The notes under the pieces were generated by a model, which was not told the DNA's origin, did no database searches, and saw only the letters and a program-made list of their open reading frames with translations. Both the position numbers and the translations under genes were made by a program. Positions 21,191 to 31,917 of a DNA stretch of 64,000 nt are shown in pieces (positions within the stretch are counted from its first letter, which is position 1; each line of letters opens with the position of its first letter). This DNA is from an uncultured delta proteobacterium (lineage in GTDB: Bacteria; Myxococcota_A; UBA9160; UBA4427), in the NCBI GenBank assembly GCA_963822965.1, contig CAWGJT010000010.1, forward strand, positions 416,001-480,000, given 5' to 3'.

Positions 21191-24100
21191 GCTCGATGGT
21201 CGCTCCGAGAAGCGGTAGGTGGATGGCACGCACGGCGCTCTGCGTCGTGGCGTTGGCAGTGGGGGCTGCATTCGCGTGTGCGTCGTCCCCGGAGCCGGGC
21301 CCGACGGCATCGTCGGAGGAGTCCGCCGCGGCGGATCGTCTGACGGACGTCCGTGTCGAGAGCGGTTCGGGGGAGAGCGTAGTCACCCTGATCGGACTGC
21401 GGGACCCGGTCTATACCGCGTTCCTTCACGACGAGCCCCGGGCGCTCGTTCTCGACCTGGCTTCGGTCGAGATCGACACGCCCAACGACCTGGTGATGGT
21501 CTACGACGGGCTGGTGGAGAACGTCACGGTGTCGACCTACGGCGGCAGCGCCGGCGAGTCGCTCACGCGCGTGGAGATCGCACTCTCGCAGGACGCGAAG
21601 TACGAGATCACCGCGAGCGACCAGGGTCTCCAGGCCGTGCTGAGTCCCTCCGACGGGATGGCTTCCGCCGACGACGGCGACGCCATGCCTTCCGAGCTGG
21701 GAACCAGCGAGGCCATGCCCGAGGACGAGACCGTCGCGGACGACGCGACCGGGGACGAGGCGTTCGACCCCTGGTCCGATCCGCAGGCGGAGGAGATCGC
21801 CCTCGGTAGCGAGAACGACTCCGCGGGACTCGACGGGACCCTGGGCGAGGAGCCCGCGGCCCCGGCGGCTCCGGCCGCGCCGGCCACCACCCTCACCGGC
21901 GTCCGGACCACCGAGACCTCCGACGGCGTGCTCGTCCACCTCGAGGCGGACGGCAGCGTCGGCGCGATGGAGACCTTCACCCTGGAGAGTCCCGATCGTC
22001 TGGTGATCGACATGCCGGGCCTGAAGAGCCAGGTGGCGAACCCGACCACGAAGGTGGGCACGCCCCGGGTGCGGCAGATCCGCGTGGGCGCGCACGCCGA
22101 CAAGGTGCGCGTGGTGATCGACGGCGGCGAGGCGGCGGGAGGCTTCGAAGAGCGGCGTGTCACGCCGGCGAACGACGGTCTCTATCTCGCCCTGGGCGCG
22201 GGTCCCGAGCTCGACGCGGCCCTGGCCATGGCGACCCAGGCGTCGCCCGCACCCGCGCCGGCTCCCGAGCCTGCCACGGACGACGGCGATTCGGGCCTGG
22301 CGATGACCGGCATGGACGAGGAGCCTGCGCCCGAGGCGGCGCCGGCCGAGATCGCGCCGAAGACGGTGCGCCAGCCCGTGACGGCGGACGCCCAGGTCTA
22401 CGGAATCCACTACGACTCCGAGGACGACTACGAGCGCGTCGTGATCCTGAGCGACAAGGTGGTGGACTACGACCTGCTCACCCCGGACGACGAGACGGTC
22501 GTGGTCAGCATCCGCGACGCCAAGGTCGCGCCCGAGGCGACCGGGCGAGTGATCGCCCATGCCAAGCGCCCGATCTCGCTCATCTCGACCTTCCAGCAGC
22601 CCGACGTGGCCACGCCCGAGGTGCGCGTCGTCGTGAAGCGGGCGTCCGGCCTCCAGCCGACCGTCCTGCGGCGCGGCTCCATGCTCTTCGTGGACTTCCC
22701 CAACACGGGGTTGGTGGCGGCACCGCCGCCGGCGTTCGCGACCGAGGAGGAGTGGGCCGCCGCGGGTCTCGGCTCGGGGGAGACGGTCGCCAGCAGCGGG
22801 GCCTCGACGGTCCAGCTCCAGTCCGCGGTGACGGACCAGGGCTCGATGATCGAAGCGCCCACGGAGGAGATCGCCGGTTCGCCGGCCGCGCTCCCGGACT
22901 TCGAGCAGTCGGCGGAGAAGGGCATCGGCGTGGACGTGCTGGCCGCCTCCTCGACCGGAGGACCGGCCGCCCTCGAGCCGCCGGCTGCAGCCGAGATCCT
23001 GGAAGAGGGCGGGCTGATCGACGGCAAGGAGTACACCGGCCGCCGCATCTCGCTGGACTTCAAGGACGTCCCGGTGGCGGACGTGCTGCGCCTCATCGCC
23101 GAGGTCTCCGACCTGAACCTGATCGCAGGCGACGAAGTCAGCGGCAACGTCACGATCCGGCTGGTGGACGTGCCCTGGGACCAGGCGCTCGACGTCATCC
23201 TGCTCACCAAGGGCCTGGGCTTCGTCCGGGTGGGCAACGTGCTGCGCATCGCGCCCGCGGACATCATCAAGGCCGAGGAGGAGCTGCGCCTCCAGGAGCG
23301 CCGCAACAAGGAGACGTTGGAGGACCTGGTCGTCAAGCTGCAGCCGGTCAACTACGCGAAGGTCGAGGACATGAGCGCGCTGGTGAAGCGTCTCCTGACC
23401 CCGCGTGGCACGGTGAACGTGGACGTCCGGACCAACACGCTGATCATCAAGGACATTCCCTCGGTGATCGACGAGGCCACGGCCCTCATCAAGGCGATCG
23501 ACACGGAGACGCCCCAGGTGCTCATCGAGGCCAAGATCGTCGAGGCCGCCCTGGACTTCTCTCGTGAGCTCGGCTCGGTGTGGTCGGCGGGAACGAACCA
23601 GCTCGAGGACGGTTTCAGCGGCAACGCGCCGCGGACCGACCTCGGCGGGCCGGACTTCCGCTTCCACGACGACAACAACGTGATCTTCGGCAACCCGATC
23701 ACGTCGGTGCCGACGGGTCTGTTGAACATGAGCGCCTTCGTGCTCAACGAGGACTTCAACATCGAGGTCCAGATCCAGGCTGCGGAGTCGACGGGTGACG
23801 GCAAGGTGATCTCGAGCCCGCGCGTCCTGACCCTGGACAACCGGGAAGCCGAGATCCAGCAGGGTGTGTCGATCCCCTTCCAGACCTTCGAGAACGGCGA
23901 CGCGAAGCTGGAGTTCATCGACGCGGTGCTGTCCCTGCTCGTCACGCCGCACGTGACCTCGGACAAGACCATCATCATGCAGGTGGAGGTGACGCGGAAC
24001 GCACCGGACGACTCGGTGCCGACGCCCACCGGCTCGCCGGCGATCGCTCGGGCCGAGGCCCGGACCGAGACCCTGGTCAAGGACGGCCAGACGCTCGTGA

Positions 24101-24276
24101 TCGGCGGCATCTACACGGTGAACGAATCGGAGCGCGAGAGCCGCGTGCCGTACCTGCATCGCATCCCGGTCATCGGCTCGGCCTTCAAGAGCCGCTCGAT
24201 CACGGATCAGCGCAAGGAGCTGCTGATCTTCGTGACCCCGCGGATCGTGCTGGCCTCCGAGCTCGCGGGCTCGTAG
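21187..24276 (+). CDS. pilQ: Secretin PilQ with multiple AMIN domains
   Basis: AMIN-like repeats (PRALVLDL, PDRLVID), YTGRRISLDF, VPWDQALD, QVLIEAKIVE, ELLIFVTPRI. Confidence 0.96.
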   Translation: MSSMVAPRSGRWMARTALCVVALAVGAAFACASSPEPGPTASSEESAAADRLTDVRVESGSGESVVTLIGLRDPVYTAFLHDEPRALVLDLASVEIDTPNDLVMVYDGLVENVTVSTYGGSAGESLTRVEIALSQDAKYEITASDQGLQAVLSPSDGMASADDGDAMPSELGTSEAMPEDETVADDATGDEAFDPWSDPQAEEIALGSENDSAGLDGTLGEEPAAPAAPAAPATTLTGVRTTETSDGVLVHLEADGSVGAMETFTLESPDRLVIDMPGLKSQVANPTTKVGTPRVRQIRVGAHADKVRVVIDGGEAAGGFEERRVTPANDGLYLALGAGPELDAALAMATQASPAPAPAPEPATDDGDSGLAMTGMDEEPAPEAAPAEIAPKTVRQPVTADAQVYGIHYDSEDDYERVVILSDKVVDYDLLTPDDETVVVSIRDAKVAPEATGRVIAHAKRPISLISTFQQPDVATPEVRVVVKRASGLQPTVLRRGSMLFVDFPNTGLVAAPPPAFATEEEWAAAGLGSGETVASSGASTVQLQSAVTDQGSMIEAPTEEIAGSPAALPDFEQSAEKGIGVDVLAASSTGGPAALEPPAAAEILEEGGLIDGKEYTGRRISLDFKDVPVADVLRLIAEVSDLNLIAGDEVSGNVTIRLVDVPWDQALDVILLTKGLGFVRVGNVLRIAPADIIKAEEELRLQERRNKETLEDLVVKLQPVNYAKVEDMSALVKRLLTPRGTVNVDVRTNTLIIKDIPSVIDEATALIKAIDTETPQVLIEAKIVEAALDFSRELGSVWSAGTNQLEDGFSGNAPRTDLGGPDFRFHDDNNVIFGNPITSVPTGLLNMSAFVLNEDFNIEVQIQAAESTGDGKVISSPRVLTLDNREAEIQQGVSIPFQTFENGDAKLEFIDAVLSLLVTPHVTSDKTIIMQVEVTRNAPDDSVPTPTGSPAIARAEARTETLVKDGQTLVIGGIYTVNESERESRVPYLHRIPVIGSAFKSRSITDQRKELLIFVTPRIVLASELAGS

Positions 24277-24342
24277 GTCGGGAGCCGGCCGACGACCGAC
24301 ACGTTTGCGCGGAAGGTCCGCGCGGAATCCGTGATCCAGAGG

Positions 24343-24382
24343 GCGGGGAGGAGCTTCGGCTCCTCCCCGTTTCCTTCTTTTC
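24343..24382 (+). terminator. Intrinsic terminator after pilQ
   Basis: gcggggaggagc-TTCG-gctcctccccgt followed by a T-rich tract. Confidence 0.8.
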
Positions 24383-24409
24383 GGGAACGGGCTTCCTATA
24401 CTGCCGCGC

Positions 24410-25003
24410 GTGGATTCCGCCTGGATACTCGCCCGTCCGATCTTCCTCGTGGGCATGATGGGGTCGGGGAAGTCGACCGTGGGCCCGATGCTGGCCCGGC
24501 GCCTGGGTCGTGACTTCGTCGACAACGACAACGTGGTGGAGGCCCGGGCCGGGCGGCGGATCGCCGAGATCTTCGCCCGGGACGGCGAGCCGGCGTTCCG
24601 GGAGCGGGAGGCCCGGGCAATCGACGAGGCGGCCGCGGGCCGCGCCGTGGTCGCGCTCGGCGGGGGGGCCATCGCGCAGCCGGGGGCGCCCGAGAGGCTC
24701 GCGCGGCTCGGCACCGTGGTCTATCTCCAGGCGAGCCCGCGGGAGCTGGCGCGGCGGGTGGGCCCGGCCGAGGCGCGACCGCTGCTGGCCGGGCTGGACG
24801 AGGAGCAGCGGGAGCAGCGCATCGCGAGCCTGCTGCGCGAGCGGGAAGGCGCGTACCGCAGCGCCCGCATCGTGGTGGAGACCGAGGGCAGGTCGGCCGC
24901 GGAGGTGGCCGATCGCATCGCAGACGCCCTGGCGGAGGGCGCCGGGGGCGAGGGAGAGGACGTGGGCGAAGCGGGGACGGAAGACCGGGAGGGGGCATCG
25001 TGA
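24410..25003 (+). CDS. aroK: Shikimate kinase
   Basis: GMMGSGKST, GEPAFR, ALGGG, RPLL. Confidence 0.93.
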   Translation: MDSAWILARPIFLVGMMGSGKSTVGPMLARRLGRDFVDNDNVVEARAGRRIAEIFARDGEPAFREREARAIDEAAAGRAVVALGGGAIAQPGAPERLARLGTVVYLQASPRELARRVGPAEARPLLAGLDEEQREQRIASLLREREGAYRSARIVVETEGRSAAEVADRIADALAEGAGGEGEDVGEAGTEDREGAS

Positions 25004-26118
25004 GCCCGTCGCGCAGGGCCGCCGGGACGCCCCGCGGCGCGCGTCTGGTGCGGGTGTCCCTGGGCGAGCGGAGCTATCCGATCCGCATCGGCTTCGACGG
25101 CTTCGACGGGCTCGGGGCCGAGGTCGCGAAACGCACCGGGGCCAGCCAGGTGGGACTCGTGACCGTGCCCCCGGTCGGACGTCGCTACGCCGCCCCGGTC
25201 CTGCGCTCGCTCCGGGAGGCGGGTCTGCGGACCCACCGCATCGACGTTCCCGACGGCGACGCCACCAAGAACCTCCGGCAGGTCGCGAAGCTCTACGACT
25301 TCTTCCTCGAGAAGGGGCTCGACCGGAAGTCGATTCTGGTGGCGCTCGGGGGCGGCATGGTCGGTGATCTCACCGGCTTCGCGGCGGCCACCTACCTGCG
25401 CGGAATCCCCTTCGTCCAGGTCCCCACGACGATCCTGGCCATGGTCGACTCCAGCATCGGCGGCAAGACCGGCGTCAACCTTCCCCAGGGCAAGAACCTG
25501 GTGGGGGCGTTCCACCAGCCGTCCGCCGTGTGGATCCACACGGGCACCCTGCGCTCCCTGCCGCGCCGGGAGCGCGCGGCGGGCATGGCCGAGGTGGTGA
25601 AGGCGGCGGTGATCTGGGACGCGCGCTTCTTCGCGCGGCTCGAGCGGGACTGCGACCGGGTGATGGCGCTCGATCCCGAGGTGCTGGGGCCGGTCCTCGA
25701 GCGGGCCTGTCGCATCAAGGCCGAGGTCGTCGCCCGGGACGAGCGGGAGGAGTCCGGCGTGCGGGCCCTGCTCAACTTCGGCCACACCCTGGCCCACGCC
25801 GTCGAGGCCCAGGCCGGCTACCGGGGCATCCTGCACGGGGAGGCCGTGTCCATCGGCATGGTGCACGCGGCGCGACGCTCCGAGGCGCTGGGTCTGGCGC
25901 CTGTGGGGACGGCCCAACGCCTGGAGGACCTGCTGGCCCGCGTGGGGCTGCCCACGGAGATCCCCCGGTATGATCGGAAGGCTCATCTCGCGGCCATTCG
26001 CGTCGATAAGAAGAAGGTGGGGCGCAAGATCGGTTACATCGTCCTGCGCCGGATCGGCGGCGTGGAGAAGGTGGAGCTGTCGCCCGCCGAGATCCTTCCC
26101 AGGAGGAGAAGCCCGTGA
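25000..26118 (+). CDS. aroB: 3-dehydroquinate synthase
   Basis: GGGMVGDL.GF.AA.Y.RG, DSSIGGKT, LNFGHT..HA.E, HGEAV, DKK. Confidence 0.96.
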   Translation: MSPSRRAAGTPRGARLVRVSLGERSYPIRIGFDGFDGLGAEVAKRTGASQVGLVTVPPVGRRYAAPVLRSLREAGLRTHRIDVPDGDATKNLRQVAKLYDFFLEKGLDRKSILVALGGGMVGDLTGFAAATYLRGIPFVQVPTTILAMVDSSIGGKTGVNLPQGKNLVGAFHQPSAVWIHTGTLRSLPRRERAAGMAEVVKAAVIWDARFFARLERDCDRVMALDPEVLGPVLERACRIKAEVVARDEREESGVRALLNFGHTLAHAVEAQAGYRGILHGEAVSIGMVHAARRSEALGLAPVGTAQRLEDLLARVGLPTEIPRYDRKAHLAAIRVDKKKVGRKIGYIVLRRIGGVEKVELSPAEILPRRRSP

Positions 26119-26807
26119 CCCAGGCGGAGAAGCCCGTGACGTCGTCGCGAACCCCCGATGCTCCGCATTCCGACTTCGTGGCCGACGCCGAGCGGTCCCG
26201 ACGGCGCGGCGACGCGCATGCCGCCCTGGAGATCGCCGAGGCGGGGCTGGCGACCTCGCCGGCCGACGAGCGCGGGCGCATCGCACTGGCACTCGCGCTG
26301 ATCGACCTGGGAGACCTGCCCCGCGCACGGGAAGAGCTCGCCCGCGCGCTGGAGGGTGCGGCTCCCGCCGCGGCCGCCGGGTTCGCCGGCGATCTCGCCG
26401 AGGACGAGCTCGATACGGCGTTCGCGGCGGCCGAGACGAATCCCGACGAGATGATGGACGCGAACCGCGTGGTGGAGCGGACGCTCGAGCAGCATGCGGA
26501 CCTCGACGGTGCCGAGGGGGACTTCGACCTGGCGGGTCATCCCACCTATGCGACCGAGACGATGGCCAGCCTGCTGGCGGGGCAGGGACGCGAGGCCGAG
26601 GCCGACGCGCTTCGCGCTTCTCTGGCGCGCTCGGTGGCGCCGTCCGAGGGCGCCGCGCGATCGGACGAGAGCGGAGTCGGTCCGGATCACGCCGAGCAGC
26701 TGCGCATCGTGACGACGCTCGAGGGCTGGCTCCACAACCTCAGACGCAACGCCGAGCGCGATTCGCGGGTGCGCCGGATCGACAGCGCGGCCGGGAGGGC
26801 GAGATGA
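26115..26807 (+). CDS. Hypothetical TPR-like protein upstream of the roadblock gene
   Basis: N-terminal TPR-like helices, acidic middle, TETMASLL..QG and LE.WL motifs; overlaps both neighbours by 4 bp. Confidence 0.65.
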   Translation: MTQAEKPVTSSRTPDAPHSDFVADAERSRRRGDAHAALEIAEAGLATSPADERGRIALALALIDLGDLPRAREELARALEGAAPAAAAGFAGDLAEDELDTAFAAAETNPDEMMDANRVVERTLEQHADLDGAEGDFDLAGHPTYATETMASLLAGQGREAEADALRASLARSVAPSEGAARSDESGVGPDHAEQLRIVTTLEGWLHNLRRNAERDSRVRRIDSAAGRAR

Positions 26808-27184
26808 GCTTCGAGTCCATCCTGCGGGAGATCCTCGACGGATGCGGCGGCGGCCTGGGCATCGCGCTGATGGGCTCGGACGGCATTCCCATCGTGCAGA
26901 TCACCCCGACGCTGGTGAACGGCGCGCCGAACCCGCTGGGCGACGACATCGGCACCGCGGGGGTCGAGTTCGCGCGCATCCTCGCCGAGATCCAGAAGGC
27001 CGCCGACGCGCTCGGCGCCGGCGCCATGGCCGAGACGGTCATCAACCTCGCGCGCTTCCAGCTCCTGTTCCGCCAGGTCGAAGACGACGTGATCCTGGTG
27101 CTGGCGCTCGCCCACGAGGGCAACCCCGGCAAGGCGCGCTATCTCGTCCGCCGGCACCTGGTGTCGCTCCGCCAGGAGCTCTAA
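26804..27184 (+). CDS. mglC: Roadblock/LC7 protein, MglC-like
   Basis: MSF..., MG.DGI, LVLAL...GN.GKARY motifs; same position downstream of pilQ as Myxococcus mglC. Confidence 0.78.
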   Translation: MSFESILREILDGCGGGLGIALMGSDGIPIVQITPTLVNGAPNPLGDDIGTAGVEFARILAEIQKAADALGAGAMAETVINLARFQLLFRQVEDDVILVLALAHEGNPGKARYLVRRHLVSLRQEL

Positions 27185-27250
27185 CGGCTCCGCAGGGATC
27201 CGGGCTAAGATCGACGGCCACGGCTCTCGCCGTCCGGAGGGAGGAGCGCC

Positions 27251-27709
27251 ATGTCCGACGCGCCGTCGATCCTGGTGGTTCACGGGCCGAACCTGAACCT
27301 GCTCGGGACGCGCGAGCCCGAGATCTACGGGAGCGTCACCCTCGACGAGATCGACGCGCGGCTGGAGGCCGTCGGCAAGGAGCACGGCTGCCAGATCGAG
27401 TGCTGCCAGTCGAACCACGAGGGCGTGCTGATCGACCGGATCCAGGAGGCGCGGAGCTGGGCGAGCGGCATCCTGATCAATCCGGCGGGGCTGACGCATT
27501 CGAGTGTTGCTCTGCGCGACGCGCTGATTGCGAGCGAGCTGCCGGTGGTCGAGGTCCACCTGTCCAACGTCTTCGCCCGGGAGCCCTTCCGGCATCACTC
27601 CTACGTCTCGGGCATCGCCGTCGGCGTGATCTCCGGCTTCGGTCCGGAGAGCTACCGCCTGGGGCTCGAGGCGCTGCTCTCGCACCTCGAGGCGAACACC
27701 CGGGACTGA
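27251..27709 (+). CDS. aroQ: Type II 3-dehydroquinate dehydratase
   Basis: [45 protein letters not shown]. Confidence 0.97.
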   Translation: MSDAPSILVVHGPNLNLLGTREPEIYGSVTLDEIDARLEAVGKEHGCQIECCQSNHEGVLIDRIQEARSWASGILINPAGLTHSSVALRDALIASELPVVEVHLSNVFAREPFRHHSYVSGIAVGVISGFGPESYRLGLEALLSHLEANTRD

Positions 27710-27713
27710 CTCC

Positions 27714-28476
27714 GTGCCGTCGACGTGGCAGCTCTTCGTCCACGGGAGCGCTCCGGGGCCCTTCAACATGGGCGTCGACGAGGTGCTGCTCGAGAGCGCC
27801 ATCGAGACCGGGCGCGCGAGCCTGCGCTTCTACACCTGGCAGGGCCCCTGGCTCTCGCTGGGCTACGGCCAGTCGCTCGACGACGAGCGCCGGGCGGCCC
27901 TCGAGCGGGCCGGCGTAGGCTGGGTGCGGCGGGTGACGGGGGGACGCGCGGTCCTGCACGGCTGCGACCTCACCTACTCGATCGCCGCGCCGGAGAGCGC
28001 CCTGGCCTCCGGGCTGCGTGCGTCATACGGGGTCGTGGCCGACGCGCTGCTCGCGGCCCTGGCGAGCCTCGGGGTTTCCGCGACCCGCAGCCCTGCCGCT
28101 TCGCGCGCTCCCGCGTCGTCCGTGTTCGACTGCTTCGAGCGACCGGCCGCCGACGAGATCTGCCTGGCCGGGCGCAAGCTCTCGGGAAGCGCTCAGCGTC
28201 GGGTGCGGGGGGCGCTGCTCCAACACGGCTCGATCCGTCTGGGTCCCGATCCGCCGACCGCCGTGGCCGCCGTCGCACCCGGGTCGGCGGGACTCGGGGG
28301 CACCAGCCTCGCCGAGGAGGGGCTTTCCGTTCTCCCGGCGCGACCTGGAAGCGGCTTGCATTCGCAGCTTCCAGGAGTGGCTCGGCGCGCGCCTCGAGAC
28401 GTGCGCGCTCGACCCGGAACAGCTCGCGCGCGCCCGGGGTCGGGGGCTCGAGCCGCGGTCCCCGGCGCGAGTCTGA
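27714..28476 (+). CDS. Lipoate-protein ligase/octanoyltransferase (LipM-like); frameshift near 28330
   Basis: NMGVDE, LRFY.W, VRR.TGGRAVLH, KLSGSAQ, QHGSI. Confidence 0.85.
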
Positions 28477-28566
28477 GCCCGACCGCCGCGCATCGGGGAC
28501 CTGTCCAGGTCCCGTCTTCGGGACGCGATGAGGCCCGAAATGGTGCGGATTCGCGGGGGAAACCCC

Positions 28567-28594
28567 CTCAAGAGACCTCCTCGTCGTCCCGATA
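28567..28594 (+). promoter_or_regulatory. Putative alternative-sigma promoter CTCAAG-N16-CCGATA upstream of the sgmX-like gene
   Basis: Boxes identical to the 17820 site; about 60 bp before the start. Confidence 0.68.
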
Positions 28595-28654
28595 GACACG
28601 TCTGGGAGGACTTGCCCTCCCGCTGCCGACGCGTGCTCGAAGCTCGAGGGACTC

Positions 28655-31600
28655 TTGGCCGTCAACAAGCGGAAAGTTCTGGACGCAGCGCGGAAGTTCG
28701 CCCAGAAGGGCGCCAAGGAGAAGGCGCTCAAGGAATATCACACCCTTCTCAAGCTCGATCCGCGCGATGCCAAGCTGCATCTCGAGATCGGCGACTGCTA
28801 CCGCCGTTGGGGACAGATCGACGAGGCGATCACCCAGTACTCCCGGGTCGCGGAGCAGTACAAGGGTGACGGCTTCGACGCGCGCGCGGTCGCCGTCTTC
28901 AAGCAGATCCTGAACCTCGACCCCAAGCGCTACGCCGCGTACGTATCGCTCTCCGAGCTGTACCAGCGCATGGGGCTCGACGCCGAAGCGCTGTCGTCGC
29001 TGCAGGCCGCGGCCGACGGCTACCACAAGGAAGGCAGCAAGCGCGAAGCCCTCGAGCTGCTTCGCAAGATGGCGACCCTCGATCCCGACCAACACCACGA
29101 GCCGTCTGAAGGTCGCCGAGCTGCTCCGCCAGGAGGGGATGGAGGACGACGCGGTGGCCGAGTACGAGGCGGTCGCCGCGGAGTTCGACCGCCAGGGCGC
29201 CACCGAGCAGATCCTCGCCGTGCAGGAGCGCATCCTCGAGATCCAGCCGGATCGCGCCGACGTGCTGATCGGTGTCGCCCGCCGGCTCATCGAGCTGCGC
29301 AAGCCCGAGCGCGCCGAGCCGTTCGCGAAGCGAGCGCTGGAGAAGGATCCGCAGCAGAGCGACGCCTACGAGGTGCTCTGCGACATCTACAAGGTGCTCG
29401 GCAAGGACGAGGAGCTCGCGGAGATCACGCGCGCGCTCGCCCGGATCTACCGCGATCGGGGCGACACGGACCGCGCGCGCGAGCTCGCCCAGCGCATCCC
29501 GATGAGTCTCGAGATGGACGGGGGCGGCGAGGCCCCGCCCGGACCCGGCATGGATCACACCGAGTCCGCCTTCCTCAGCGACGACGAGCTGCTGGACGAC
29601 GACTTCCTGACGCCCGACGCGTCCGAGATGGAGGACGTGTCCGAGGAGCGTCCCTTCGGCGAGAGCGACATCGAGCTCGACCTGAGCGTCGAGGCGCCGG
29701 AGAGCAGCGCGCCGTCTCCGGCGGCCCAAGACGAGGAGCTCGACCTGGAGGCCGACGAGGCCCCGGGCGACGATTCGCCCGGCGGATCCGCGGCCGCGCC
29801 CGTGGGCGACCCGGACCAGCTGCTGGCGGAAGCGAGCGTCTACCTCCGCTACGGCAAGCGCGACCAGGCGATCGCGAGCCTCGAGGCCGTCGTCGCCCAG
29901 GAGCCGGATCATCGCGCCGCCCTCGAGAAGCTGGGCGATGCCCGCGCCGAAGGAGACGAAGACGACAAGGCCGTCGAGGCGTGGTCCCGCGCCGCCGCCC
30001 TCGCCCGGGCCGAAGGAGACGACGCCGGCTTCGGGGTGCTGTGCGATCGCATCGCCGCTCTCGACGCGGACGCCGCCGCGGCCCTGGGCGGACCCGCCGC
30101 GGCCGCCCTGGACGTGGACGCCGTGTCGGTGGACGCCGAGGCCGAGAGCACGGACGACGGCATCGACTTCGAGATCGACGTCTCGGTGGGCGACGAGGAC
30201 GAGCCCGCCCCCGGCGAGGACGACGAGATCGACGTGTCCGAAGACGATGCGGACGCGTTCGGGGAGCCCGGCGCGGACCTCGCATCCGAAGACGAATCCA
30301 TCGACGTCGTGATCGACGACGAGCCCGAGGTCTCGAGGGCGGAGACGACCCAGCCCGATGCCGGCGGTGCCGACGACGGTGTCGAGTTCGAGATCGACGT
30401 CGACCTGGACGACGACGAGGAAGCGCCTGCGGAAGACGATGCGGCGGCCGCGTCGAGCGCGTCCGGCGGAACGAGCACCACCACCTCCCAGCAGGTGGCG
30501 GAAGACCTCGAGGAGGCGGAGTTCTACTACCAGCAGCAGCTCTTCGACGAGGCGGAGGCCGTCTATCGCCGGATCCTCAATCTCGCGCCCAACCACCCGA
30601 GCGCGCTGCTGCGGCTCGGCGAGCTGGCGGCGGCGAAGGGCGACGATCCGGGGGCGGTTCGGGAGCCGACCGAGGCGAAGCCCCAGGTCGCGGCGCCCGC
30701 CAAGCCCGCCTCGAAGGTCGCCAGCGTCACGAAGATCGAGTTCGACGACGAGCCCGAAGAGGAGTTCGAGATCGACGTGGACGAGAGCGAGCCGGAGGCT
30801 CCCGGCGAGGACTCCACGGAGGTCGCCGAGCTCTCCCTCGACCCGGACGAGGAGGACGAGCCCGCCGTGCAGATGGACCTGCCGCCCGCGGCCGGTCGCG
30901 GACGCCAGTCGGGGGCGACGGCCGGCAAGCGGGAGGAACGGCCCGCGGCGATCCACGCGGAAGACACGCTGCCGATGGAGAGCGCGGACGCGGACGACGA
31001 CGAGGACGCCGCGTCCTGGCTCGACGACGTGCAGGCCGCCGACGCCGGCGGCGACGAAGCGGCGGACGAGGGCGAAGCGGCGGAGGAGGGCGGCTTCGAT
31101 CTCGCCGCCGAGCTGCGCGACGTGCTCGGCGACGACGACGACCCCAACGCGGATTCGGCCGACGGCATCCGCTCGACGGTGGACGACGGCTTCGAGTCGA
31201 TCTTCGCCGACTTCAAGCAGGGTGTCAGCGCGACGCTCTCCGACGACGACTACGAGACGCGCTACGACCTCGGCATCGCCTACCGCGAGATGGAGCTCTA
31301 CGAGGACGCGATCGGTGAGTTCCGCCTGTGCCTCGAGAGCCCGGGTCGGAAGCTGGAGAGCCTGCACATGATGGGTCTGTGCGCCCTGGACCTCGGTCGT
31401 GCGGGCGACGCCGCGAATCACCTCGAGCAGGCGCTGGCGACGCCCGATCTGCCGGTCGAGCAGGTCACCGGCCTGAACTTCGATCTCGGACGTGCGCTCG
31501 AGGCGGCGGGCGACGCGGCTCGGGCCCGCAGCGCGTACGAGAGCGTCAGCGAGGCGGACCCCGACTTTCCCGGGGTGGCCGAGCGCCTGGCGGCCCTGGA

Positions 31601-31907
31601 CGGCACCGGCCCCGCGGCTCCGCTCGAGCTGAAGGGCGAGTCCGGCGGCTTCGAGTCCTTCGACGACCTCGTCGCCGAGGCGATGGAGGACGAGGACGAC
31701 ACGACCGAACAGACCGAGAGCTTCGAGTCCTTCGACGACGTCATCACGGAAGCCGAGTCGGGCGGCGATCGCGGTCGAAGTGCAGGGCGAGGACGAGGCC
31801 GATGCGCTTCGCAGAGGCGAGGACGACGATTCGCCAGGGCGAGATGGACGTCTCCCCGTCGGCGGAGAGCAAGCCGCGACCGCAAGAAGAAGATCTCGTT
31901 CGTATGA
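28655..31907 (+). CDS. sgmX: Large TPR protein, SgmX-like motility activator; frameshift near 29090
   Basis: N-terminal TPRs (NKRKVL.AA.K..QKG..EKA.KEY..DP.D; GF..RAVAVFKQIL), long acidic linkers, C-terminal TPRs (RYDLGIAYREMEL) and KKISFV tail; same position as Myxococcus sgmX before an ExeA-like ATPase. Confidence 0.72.
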
Positions 31908-31917
31908 GGATCCCAGC

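Noticed and set aside
21178..24714. Long antisense ORFs (also 33850-37404, 28899-31421, 9785-12235, 6974-9301)
   Set aside because: Typical stop-poor shadow frames of high-GC genes, with no recognisable motifs.
31640..31745. Direct repeat cttcgagtccttcgacgac x2 in the sgmX-like gene
   Set aside because: Encodes a repeated FESFDD peptide; a protein-level feature rather than a DNA element.
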